A stretch of DNA of 62,941 bases, counting the filler, from Anaerolineae bacterium (lineage in GTDB: Bacteria; Chloroflexota; Anaerolineae; Epilineales; Epilineaceae): assembly GCA_029262755.1 (NCBI GenBank). It is 5 parts of 5 records of this genome, joined end to end, with 100 filler letters (N's around TTAATTAATTAA, not from the genome) between each part and the next. Parts side by side here need not be neighbours in the genome. Positions count along the whole stretch, not along the records: positions 1 to 10,780 come from JAJCYU010000061.1; 4 more parts are not named here. The stretch is one strand, 5' to 3'. Shown piece by piece: positions 1 through 8,085 of the stretch. The translations under genes were made by a program, and so were the position numbers. Position 1 is the first letter of the stretch. The number at the start of each line of letters is the position of its first letter. A model generated the notes under the pieces. The model did no database searches. It was not told the DNA's origin and worked only from the letters and a program-made list of their open reading frames with translations.

Positions 1-47
1 CCGAACGGGCCGCGGAGCTGCTGGCAGAACGGGTGACCGCCGAATAG
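1..47 (+). CDS. 3' end of an unidentified gene (partial)
   Basis: Open frame ...ERAAELLAERVTAE ending TAG at 45-47, convergent with the GNAT gene. Confidence 0.35.
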   Translation, partial: ERAAELLAERVTAE

Positions 48-73
48 GCGCGGCGTGGTCTCAAGCAAGCACG

Positions 74-1084
74 CTACGTAGCCGGAAGATCCTTGGTCAG
101 GCGCTGCAGCGTGCGCGAGGATTCGAAGCCTGCCGACACGAGCACGTCCCGCAACGCCTCTTGTGCTCCGGCGACCTCGATCTCGACCGGCGCCTTGGGC
201 GCCCGCGCCACGGATTCGAGCGTCCGCGCGATCAAGGGCTCTTCCGCTCGACCCTGCCACGCCGGATCGATCACGACCGCCATGCGGTGAATTCCTCGTA
301 GGCCGGGCTCCTGCTGGAGCAGGACCAGCGAGACGGCGCGATAGGTTGCGCCGGTGGAGACGGCCCATCCGACCCGGCTCCGTCCGTGCAGCCAATCGTC
401 GAAGCGCAACCGAAGCTTGCCCCGATCCGCAGATCGCACGAGCAGCTCGCCGGGTATCCCCTGCGCGTACGAACCGGCACGCGTCATCAGACGCATTGCG
501 CGTGCATCGCGCGGTTGTCGCCATGGCTGTACGCTAAACCCGATATCCGTCGCGGTCACCGCCGGTGCGGGCACACCGGCCGATCGGCGCAGCGTGGTCG
601 TGCGCCCCCCGCGGAGAAAGCCGAGCCGGTCGTAGAGTGCCAGCGCGGGCTCGTTGTCCGGGCGCACGTGCAGCTGAACGCGCGCTGCGCCGCGTTCGGT
701 TGCCAAGGCAAGCGCCGCGTCCATGAGCCGAACGGCGATGCCCCGCCTACGCATGGAGGGATGCGTCACGACGTTGGCGATCGTCCAGATATCAGGCGGG
801 CGACGAATCAAGCTGACGTTGGCCACCAGGCGACCGTCCTCATACCAGACCATGCCGCAAAATCCGGTCTCGGCGCGTGGCAAGAGCCGCATCATCCAAT
901 CGAGGGCAGGCCCCGCGCCGGAGAGCGTCGAAAGGTCGCGCAGCCATCGGCGGTCACGCTCGTCCAGGTCGTCCTGGAAGCCGGCCTCCAACAACGCAAC
1001 GACCGCACGCAGGTCACGGCCCGGCTCGAACCGGCACGGACCGTCCGGACCACCGATCGAGCGGGACGCCGTGATTCCGGTCAC
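74..1084 (-). CDS. GNAT family N-acetyltransferase (probably two GNAT domains)
   Basis: IANVVTHPSMRRRGIA acetyl-CoA motif, NEPALALYDRLGF, second degenerate motif IDPAWQGR; GTG at 1084 overlaps the upstream TGA (GTGA). Confidence 0.85.
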   Translation of the reverse strand: MTGITASRSIGGPDGPCRFEPGRDLRAVVALLEAGFQDDLDERDRRWLRDLSTLSGAGPALDWMMRLLPRAETGFCGMVWYEDGRLVANVSLIRRPPDIWTIANVVTHPSMRRRGIAVRLMDAALALATERGAARVQLHVRPDNEPALALYDRLGFLRGGRTTTLRRSAGVPAPAVTATDIGFSVQPWRQPRDARAMRLMTRAGSYAQGIPGELLVRSADRGKLRLRFDDWLHGRSRVGWAVSTGATYRAVSLVLLQQEPGLRGIHRMAVVIDPAWQGRAEEPLIARTLESVARAPKAPVEIEVAGAQEALRDVLVSAGFESSRTLQRLTKDLPAT

Positions 1085-1317
1085 GCCTCGTCGGGCACCG
1101 CGTTGGCGCCGTCGAGCGTCGCCCGGTAGCGATAGCCACGCCCGCCCGCCATCAGCCACACCGTAAGCGCGCCTTCCTCTTCGGCAGCCTCTTCCACACG
1201 GGTCACGGCCACCTGGTCGAATTCCAACCCGAATCGATCACTCAAATCCGACCACGCGGCGAGCACGGCCGGCTGCCAGGGTCCGGGTACGGGAACTTTC
1301 CGTGCATCAGCCTTCAT
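1081..1317 (-). CDS. small hypothetical protein (78 aa)
   Basis: MKADARK...YRYRATLDG; overlaps both neighbours in an operon-like arrangement. Confidence 0.6.
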   Translation of the reverse strand: MKADARKVPVPGPWQPAVLAAWSDLSDRFGLEFDQVAVTRVEEAAEEEGALTVWLMAGGRGYRYRATLDGANAVPDEA

Positions 1318-1606
1318 CAGCCGTCTCCTCGTCCTCGGATCGGTCCTCGACATCGTACTGTTCGTTCCCAAGGTACTGTTCGTTGCCATCCTCTTGCTGG
1401 TCGTCGTAGGCGTCCAGTTCATCAGCCTCCCACGAGATGATCCACGCACACAATCCGGCAACGAGCACCGTCGCGCCGACCAGCCAACTCCATTGCGAGC
1501 TGGTCAGATCCTCGACGCCGCGCGCCGACCATGTGAGGGCGGCGACCATGCCGATGGCGAGCAGTGCCCATGTTGCTAGGTTGGGATGTCGGACGATCCA
1601 CTTCAT
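1307..1606 (-). CDS. small membrane protein, two TM helices plus acidic tail
   Basis: ATG at 1606 overlaps the coaE stop (ATGA); two hydrophobic segments, D/E-rich C-terminus. Confidence 0.7.
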   Translation of the reverse strand: MKWIVRHPNLATWALLAIGMVAALTWSARGVEDLTSSQWSWLVGATVLVAGLCAWIISWEADELDAYDDQQEDGNEQYLGNEQYDVEDRSEDEETADEG

Positions 1607-2238
1607 GGGGCTTCCTCCGGCGTCCATCGGGGCGATCGGTTGGCGTTGTGTCGGTTGCCGCAACCGACGGTCGCACGGCCAAGCTGCCGATCGGTGGCGG
1701 CCAGCGAACCACTATTGTCGATCACGATGTCCGCGACCGCCAGTCGGGGCGCGAGTGGAGCGCGGGAAGCCATGCGGTCGCGAATCTCGTCGGGCGACCA
1801 TCCGCGCACCCGAAGCCGTTCGCGCCGTACCGCCGCGTCACACGTAACAAGCCAGATTTGATCGAAGCTGGGATGCAAGCCGCTTTCCACGAGCTTGACG
1901 GCTTCGACGAGCACGATGTTCGCAGTCGCGGCGGCCATCCACGACACGATTTCGCGCTTCACGACGGGAAACACCAACGCCTCGAGCGCGGCCAACGCTA
2001 CGGGATCCCCGAAAACGAGCGACGCGAGCACGGCGCGGTCGACCCCGTCTTGGGTGCTGACCTCACTCCCGAATCGGAGCGTGATCGCTTCCTGCAACGC
2101 ACGGTCGTGGGCAAGCAGTCGGTGAACGACGTGATCCGCGTCAAGGGTCGCGGCGCCCCTTTCGGCAAACCAACGCCGCACCGTACTCTTGCCGGCCCCC
2201 ACATCGCCGGTGAGGCCTACCCGGAGCGTCTCGATCAC
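1603..2238 (-). CDS. coaE: dephospho-CoA kinase
   Basis: VGLTGDVGAGKSTV P-loop, LDADHVVH, VDRAVLASLVF, ADIVIDNSGS; GTG start at 2238 inferred. Confidence 0.93.
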   Translation of the reverse strand: MIETLRVGLTGDVGAGKSTVRRWFAERGAATLDADHVVHRLLAHDRALQEAITLRFGSEVSTQDGVDRAVLASLVFGDPVALAALEALVFPVVKREIVSWMAAATANIVLVEAVKLVESGLHPSFDQIWLVTCDAAVRRERLRVRGWSPDEIRDRMASRAPLAPRLAVADIVIDNSGSLAATDRQLGRATVGCGNRHNANRSPRWTPEEAP

Positions 2239-2267
2239 GCGCGCGATTCTAGCCGATGGCCGATACC

Positions 2268-2296
2268 TTGTCACTCCGCGGGCCGGCCGGTAGAAT
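2268..2296 (+). promoter_or_regulatory. sigma70-type promoter for the cohesin genes
   Basis: TTGTCA (2268-2273), 17-nt spacer, TAGAAT (2291-2296), just upstream of ATG 2306. Confidence 0.6.
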
Positions 2297-2305
2297 CGCG
2301 CGGCT

Positions 2306-2935
2306 ATGACCAACTGCAACCAGAGCAAGTCATTCAACCCGTGCCCGACACGTTCCGCTGCCCGGCGAACGGGTCGGGTGGGGTCACGACGGATCGTCCC
2401 ACATCTGGCCCTCGTCTCGGCGTTCGCGCTGATATTGGGCGTCAGCGTGATTGCGCGGGCTCAGTCCGCGAGCGGGCGCCTCGAGGCTTCCCCTCCTGCG
2501 CCCCGTGCCGGTGAAGACGTCACCGTCGACGTCCGGGTCGACGGCGTCGAGAGCGTGGCGGCATTCCAGGCTACGCTGCAGTGGGATCCCGCCGAACTGA
2601 GCTTTTCGGAAGGGGCGCTCGGCGAGTTTCTCGGCGCGAGCGGCAGAAACGTGACATTCGTTCCACCGTTTGGGGAGCCTGGCCGGCTCACCTTCGCCGC
2701 GTTCAGCGAGTCGGAAACGCCGCGACCGGGCGCAAGCGGTTCGGGTGTGCTCTTCTCCGTGCGGCTTCGTACCCTGCGCGCCGGTGACGTTTCGATCGCG
2801 TTGGAAGAACTCTTGCTCAGCGATCCGAACAACGCACCCCTCCCGCTCAACGTCGTTTCTCCGGCCGTGGTCCGCGTGCAGGCGCCACCCACCATCTACT
2901 TGCCGATCGGGCTCCGCACCGCGGCGCTGCCATGA
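2306..2935 (+). CDS. secreted cohesin-domain protein with C-terminal IYLPIGLR motif
   Basis: Signal-like hydrophobic stretch ending ARA-Q; VTVDVRVDGVESVAAFQATLQWDPAEL...GSGVLFSVRLR cohesin-like pattern. Confidence 0.75.
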   Translation: MTNCNQSKSFNPCPTRSAARRTGRVGSRRIVPHLALVSAFALILGVSVIARAQSASGRLEASPPAPRAGEDVTVDVRVDGVESVAAFQATLQWDPAELSFSEGALGEFLGASGRNVTFVPPFGEPGRLTFAAFSESETPRPGASGSGVLFSVRLRTLRAGDVSIALEELLLSDPNNAPLPLNVVSPAVVRVQAPPTIYLPIGLRTAALP

Positions 2936-3927
2936 TCGCCGCAGCACATCAGGCAGTGCGCAGGGCGATGCCGGCGCGGGGTCGGCGTCTACGAACGAGC
3001 TTGTTTCGCGTTGGCTCGCATCGTGGACTGCTCGTCGTGCTCGGCGTCCTGGTCGTTTCGGCGTCGGCAACCCGTCCGGTTGCGGCCCAAACGCGTGCGA
3101 CCCGGATACTGCTTGCCCCCGTCAACATCGACGTGTCCGACGGGCCAAGAGAAGTCCAACTTCTGGTGGACGGCGCGCCCGGCCTCAGCCGCGTCGATGC
3201 TACGTTGCGCTGGGACTCCGCAATTTTCGCGCTGACCGCGGTGCAGCCGCTCGGCTCGCTTACCGTCGGCGGCGCAGATGCCGATCCGGCTACGACAGGC
3301 CCCTTGCTACGCTACGACTACGACCCGGCCGAAGGAAGCCTCGTGCTGGTTGCGCTCTGGCCCGCGGAATCGAACGAGTCCGGGGCTGCGGACGATGCTC
3401 CGCCCGAAGCGCCGCCGGGAAATACGGGACAAGAGCAGGGCGAGAGCGTCATCGGGTTGGACGAAGGGATCACGGAAGCAAGCATCGCCTCGTTGACCTT
3501 TGCATCGCTAGCGGAAGGTGAGTCCGTGCTTGCCATCGATCGCGCTGCAACGACCATGCTCGATGCGGACGGCGTTCCCATCGATGCCGCGGAGATTGTC
3601 GATTCGGTGCTGCGTTCCAGCAGCGAGCCAAGTGAGGTCGCGGTCGCGGAAGCGCAGGCCGCGTCTCAATCCCTGGCCGCCTTCGAGCTAGATGGCGGGC
3701 CGGATGAGAGCTCCAACGTTCTTGGAGATGCTTGGAAGCGCATCGGCAGCGCCGTTCGGGGCGAGTCGACCCGTGAAGCGGAGACCGATGAGGGTGACAT
3801 CGCCAGCAACAACGAGCCGATGCTCGCCTGGTTCGGCGCCCTGCTGGGTGGCGTCGTGCTTGCCGGACTCGGCTGGTGGATCGGTCGCGACCCCGAAGAC
3901 ACAGAAGACGCAACGGAAGAGCGCTGA
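2932..3927 (+). CDS. membrane-anchored cohesin-like protein
   Basis: Signal peptide; VQLLVDG..LSRVDATLRWDSAIF...IASLTFASLAEGES resembles the upstream cohesin; C-terminal TM helix; ATGA overlap. Confidence 0.6.
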   Translation: MIAAAHQAVRRAMPARGRRLRTSLFRVGSHRGLLVVLGVLVVSASATRPVAAQTRATRILLAPVNIDVSDGPREVQLLVDGAPGLSRVDATLRWDSAIFALTAVQPLGSLTVGGADADPATTGPLLRYDYDPAEGSLVLVALWPAESNESGAADDAPPEAPPGNTGQEQGESVIGLDEGITEASIASLTFASLAEGESVLAIDRAATTMLDADGVPIDAAEIVDSVLRSSSEPSEVAVAEAQAASQSLAAFELDGGPDESSNVLGDAWKRIGSAVRGESTREAETDEGDIASNNEPMLAWFGALLGGVVLAGLGWWIGRDPEDTEDATEER

Positions 3928-3952
3928 TCCGGGCTGAACTCCGCCGCGATTG

Positions 3953-3961
3953 TGCTATACT
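3953..3961 (+). promoter_or_regulatory. extended -10 promoter element
   Basis: TGCTATACT (TGnTAnnnT) in the intergenic region upstream of the CAP gene. Confidence 0.5.
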
Positions 3962-4073
3962 GGAACGTGGTAGCGGTGAACCGCTGTCAGGTCGCGTAAT
4001 CGTGGCCGAACTAATCACGCCTTCCACTCTTCACCGGCACGACGCGCTGGTGAACCCGTATGCGGAGATCGCC

Positions 4074-4829
4074 ATGACGAGCAACCTTCGGCGCTTGCAG
4101 GACCGAAAGGGCCTGTTCCTGTTGATCTTGCCGGTCTTCGTGGCCGTCGGCCTACTGGCCATGAGCCAGTCCGTGCTCTTGGCCTCCCCGCCCGGCACCC
4201 CGATCCTTCCGCAGGAACAGGAAGTGGTCGATCTGGTGAATGCGGAACGGGCCAAGGTCGGGCGTGCACCGTTGATCGTCAACTACTCGTTGATGGAGGC
4301 GGCGTGGTCGCACAACGAGTTCATGGTGCGCACCGGCGCCTTCTGTCACAACGGCTGCGGCGACGGCACCGTGCAGGAACGCATCGGCAAGACCGGCTAC
4401 CAGTGGTCCACCTTCGGCGAGAATATCGCCCGTGGCCAGCGTAGTCCCGTCGCGGTCATGAATGCATGGATGAACAGCACGGGCCACCGGCGCAACATCC
4501 TCAACGACAACTTCAAGGACATCGGCGTCGCGTACAACCCGAGCGGCCCAACGTGGACGCAGGTCTTCGGCGCCCCGCGGCCGGACTATCAGACGGTGAC
4601 GCCGCCCGGCTCCGGCCCGGCGCCGACACCCGAGCCGTGCAGCCTCGCCAGCGACGTCAACGGCGACGAGAAGGTCGATCAGAGCGATGTCGCCGTCGTC
4701 AGTGGTCATTTCTTGATGCGCCGCGGTGACGAGGGCTGGAACCCTGCGATGGACGTTGTCGTCGACGGTGTGGTCAACATCTACGACATCTTCCAGGTCG
4801 TCACGGACAAGGGCGCGAGCTGCCCCTAA
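4074..4829 (+). CDS. secreted CAP (SCP-like) domain protein with C-terminal dockerin-like domain
   Basis: VVDLVNAERAK, GENIARGQ, WMNSTGHRRNIL CAP motifs; Pro/Thr linker; DVNGDEKVDQSDV and DVVVDGVVNIYDI duplicated Ca-binding loops. Confidence 0.85.
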   Translation: MTSNLRRLQDRKGLFLLILPVFVAVGLLAMSQSVLLASPPGTPILPQEQEVVDLVNAERAKVGRAPLIVNYSLMEAAWSHNEFMVRTGAFCHNGCGDGTVQERIGKTGYQWSTFGENIARGQRSPVAVMNAWMNSTGHRRNILNDNFKDIGVAYNPSGPTWTQVFGAPRPDYQTVTPPGSGPAPTPEPCSLASDVNGDEKVDQSDVAVVSGHFLMRRGDEGWNPAMDVVVDGVVNIYDIFQVVTDKGASCP

Positions 4830-4866
4830 GCCGCTAGACGTACCATGTACGTTCGCATGAAATTTT

Positions 4867-4895
4867 CCGGCCCGGGCCTTCTGCGCCCGGGCCGG
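4867..4895 (+). terminator. GC-rich hairpin after the CAP gene
   Basis: CCGGCCCGGGC-7nt-GCCCGGGCCGG perfect 11-bp stem; weak U-tail. Confidence 0.5.
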
Positions 4896-4966
4896 CTTGC
4901 TTGAATCACCTGCGCCCGCCTGCTTCCGCCATCTCCCAGACGGGCCGCCCCTGCTCAGGATCGTCC

Positions 4967-6781
4967 ATGAACGGCCAAACCGAGGGCCAAGCGCAGCGCG
5001 TAGGCGTCTACGTAGCATGGCCCTATGCCAACGGACCGCTGCACGTCGGCCACATCGGCGGATCGCTGCTCCCACCGGACATCTTCGCCCGCTATCACCG
5101 ACTGCGCGGCAACGACGTGCTGATGGTGTCGGGCTCGGACACGCACGGAACCCCCATCGCGGTGCGCGCCGAGGACGAGGGCATCGAGCCCCAAGACGTC
5201 GTGCGCACGTGGCACGAGAGCTTCTTGCAGACCTTCGACGCCCTTGGCATCGGCTTCGACCTCTTCACGCACACGGACACGGCCAACCACCACCACGTCG
5301 CGCAGGACTTGTTCACGTTGCTGCGCGAGCGCGGCTATCTGGTGGTTCGATCGGAGCCACAGTTGTACTCGCCCAGCCAGGGTCGCTACCTCCCCGACCG
5401 CTTTGTAGAAGGAACATGCCCGCACTGCGACTATGGCGCGGCGCGCGGCGATCAATGCGATAACTGCGGCCGTCTGCTCAACGCCAAGGACCTCATCGAG
5501 CCCCGCGCCAAGGGCGGCGACGGCGAGGTGCTCGAGCAGGTGGAGCGCGAGCACTTCTTCTTGGATCTACCCGCCTTTGCCGAACAGCTTGAGCCGTGGC
5601 TGTCGGCACGCGAAGGCTGGCGTGCCGCCGTGCAAAACTCGAGCCTCGGTCTGATCAAGGAGGGCTTGGAACCGCGTGCGATCACGCGCGACATGGCCTG
5701 GGGCATCCCGGTACCCGTCGAGGGATGGGAAGACAAGGTGCTCTACGTCTGGTTTGAGGCCGTGATGGGCTACCTGTCGGCCACGAAGGAGCTCGCCACG
5801 CTACGCGGCGAGCCGGACCGGTGGCGGGATTGGTGGTACGAGCCGGCGGACGGCTACTACTTCATGGGCAAGGACAATACGATCTTCCACAGCATCCTCT
5901 GGCCCGCCATCCTCATGGGCGCCGCTGGATTCGGCGGCGGCGAGGACCATGACGAGGACGTGCCCAACTTACCGGCCGACGTCGTCGCCAACGAGTACGT
6001 GAACTTCGAGGGCGGATCGATGTCCACCAGCCGCAATATCGGGGTGTGGCTGCCCGATTACCTGGAACGCTACGATCCCGACCCGCTGCGCTACTTCCTC
6101 ACCATCAACGCCCCCGAGACGCGCGACGTCGATTTCTCGTGGAGCGACTTCGTGCGCGCCAACAACAACGAGCTATTGGCCACGTGGGGCAACCTGTGCA
6201 ACCGCGTGCTCAAGCTCACCGCCAGCAGTTGCGACGGCCGCGTGCCGGAGCCCGGCGCGCTCGGCCCTGAGGACGAAGCCGTCCTGGCCTCCACGCGCGC
6301 CGCCTTCGATGCGGTCGGTGAACGTATCGAGTCCCGGCGATTCAAATTGGGCTTGGCCGAGGCCATGGCCGTTGCGCATGAGGTCAACCGCTACTTGAAC
6401 GACCAGGCGCCGTGGAAGCAGATCAAGGACGATCCCGTGCGCGGACGGACCACCCTATACGTTGCCTTGCGCGCGATCGACGATCTGAAGATCATCTTGG
6501 CGCCGTTTCTGCCGCATATCAGCCAGATTGTGCACGAGCAGCTGGGCCACGAGGGCTCCCTGTTCGGCACGACGTCCATCGAGACCGTGGCGGACGAACG
6601 CGGCGAGCACCGTGTGTTGCGCTACGAGCACGCGGGCGCCGTCGGTCGCTGGGCACCGGGGTCACTGGCCGGCGGTCAGCTCCTTGGCGAGCCGGAGGCC
6701 ATCGTGCGCAAACTCGACGAGGCAGCGGTCCTGGAACGCGAGCTGGGCGATGTTCCGTCGGAATCGGAGAGCAGCACCTAA
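4967..6781 (+). CDS. metG: methionine--tRNA ligase (no C-terminal tRNA-binding appendix)
   Basis: AWPYANGPLHVGH, SGSDTHGTPI, CPHC/CDNC knuckle, YVWFEA, GKDN, SMSTSRN. Confidence 0.97.
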   Translation: MNGQTEGQAQRVGVYVAWPYANGPLHVGHIGGSLLPPDIFARYHRLRGNDVLMVSGSDTHGTPIAVRAEDEGIEPQDVVRTWHESFLQTFDALGIGFDLFTHTDTANHHHVAQDLFTLLRERGYLVVRSEPQLYSPSQGRYLPDRFVEGTCPHCDYGAARGDQCDNCGRLLNAKDLIEPRAKGGDGEVLEQVEREHFFLDLPAFAEQLEPWLSAREGWRAAVQNSSLGLIKEGLEPRAITRDMAWGIPVPVEGWEDKVLYVWFEAVMGYLSATKELATLRGEPDRWRDWWYEPADGYYFMGKDNTIFHSILWPAILMGAAGFGGGEDHDEDVPNLPADVVANEYVNFEGGSMSTSRNIGVWLPDYLERYDPDPLRYFLTINAPETRDVDFSWSDFVRANNNELLATWGNLCNRVLKLTASSCDGRVPEPGALGPEDEAVLASTRAAFDAVGERIESRRFKLGLAEAMAVAHEVNRYLNDQAPWKQIKDDPVRGRTTLYVALRAIDDLKIILAPFLPHISQIVHEQLGHEGSLFGTTSIETVADERGEHRVLRYEHAGAVGRWAPGSLAGGQLLGEPEAIVRKLDEAAVLERELGDVPSESESST

Positions 6782-6883
6782 TCTTGGCGCGACCGAGTAC
6801 GCTGTCTTGTGGCATAAAGCGGGACGCAACCCACCAGGCGTCGTACGGCGCTCCGAGCGAACGAACCATGTAGGGAGTGGACG

Positions 6884-7819
6884 ATGGCGCAGCCGGTGAT
6901 CTTGGTGCACGGCGGTGCGGGCACGCACCGAAGCTCGACCCGTTCCGAGAAGATTGCCGGCGTGCAGTCCGCCTCCGACGTCGGCTGGAGGGTGCTCGCC
7001 GACGGCGGGAGCGCGCTGGACGCCGTGGAAGCAGCAACGCGCGTGCTGGAGGACGATCCGCAATTCGACGCCGGGCGGGGCAGCTATCTCAACCTCGACG
7101 GCGAAGTGGAGTTGGACGCCATCATCATGGACGGCTCCCGTCAAGACTTCGGCGCTGTCGCGGCCGTCCCGCGGGTGCGCCACGCGATCAGCCTCGCACG
7201 CTGCGTGCTCGAGGAAAGCCCCCACGCGCTGCTCTCGGGTCCGGGCGCCGAGCGCTTCGCCCGCCAACGGGGCCTTACGGTGCCGTCGGCCGAGTTGATC
7301 GACCCGGAGCTCCTAGCGCGTTGGTACGACAGTCGGTGGCGCGGTGAAGCCCTCGCGGCCGCCGCCGATCCACGTGCCGGGCTCGCTAACGCGACGAAGG
7401 CAGAGCCGGCCGCAACGCCGGGCGACACCGTCGGCGCCGTCGCGCTCGACAGCGCCGGCGGCATCGCGGCGGCAACATCCACAGGCGGAACGAAGAACAA
7501 ATGGCCGGGCCGCATCGGCGATTCACCGATCGTCGGCAGCGGAGCATGGGCGGTCGACGGCGTCGGCGCTATCTCCTCGACCGGCCACGGCGAGTCCATC
7601 ATGCGCGTGTGCCTCGCCCACCGCATCGCGTTCCACTTGGAGGCCGGCATGGACGCTTCCGCCGCGGCCGCGGCCGGCATCGACCACCTGAGCGCGCTCA
7701 CCGGCGGCGAAGCGGGCGTTATCGTCGTGGACGCGGCGGGCCAGGTCGGTCTGGCATGGAACACCGACGGCATGCCCTACGCGTGGCGCACGACGCAGGA
7801 TCACGGCGCGGGGATCTAG
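6884..7819 (+). CDS. iaaA: isoaspartyl peptidase/L-asparaginase (Ntn hydrolase)
   Basis: ILVHGGAG, LEDDPQFDAGRGS, GDTVGAVALD autoprocessing Thr, TSTGG, GRIGDSP, STGHGE. Confidence 0.93.
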   Translation: MAQPVILVHGGAGTHRSSTRSEKIAGVQSASDVGWRVLADGGSALDAVEAATRVLEDDPQFDAGRGSYLNLDGEVELDAIIMDGSRQDFGAVAAVPRVRHAISLARCVLEESPHALLSGPGAERFARQRGLTVPSAELIDPELLARWYDSRWRGEALAAAADPRAGLANATKAEPAATPGDTVGAVALDSAGGIAAATSTGGTKNKWPGRIGDSPIVGSGAWAVDGVGAISSTGHGESIMRVCLAHRIAFHLEAGMDASAAAAAGIDHLSALTGGEAGVIVVDAAGQVGLAWNTDGMPYAWRTTQDHGAGI

Positions 7820-8085
7820 GACGCGGGGGCGGTGTCCTTGCGTCCTCGGCCAATACGGCCTCCTTCATCGCGTGCGCAACCGATAGGAGGTATCGGGGTA
7901 GATGGCAAGCGGGTATTCGAGCGCGATGCAGGCCGAACCGTCGCCTTCACCACCCCCGTGTCGCGCCCGTCCTCATGCTCGCGCGTAACGGACGGGCCGG
8001 GCGCGCCGTTGTCCACCGCGACCGACGCCCGACCCACGCCCGCCCCTCGCGGAGCCGGCAGGGCGCCAGCCTGAGAGGTGGCCGT

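Noticed and set aside
4830..4966. T-box or SAM riboswitch upstream of metG
   Set aside because: Intergenic region is short and lacks T-box or S-box consensus; only a simple hairpin is present
7501..8085. N-terminal extension of the 1111-aa ORF (similarly 44963-45637 and 3876-4073)
   Set aside because: Overlaps upstream genes or intergenic DNA and reads as Arg-rich shadow frame; better starts with signal peptides lie downstream
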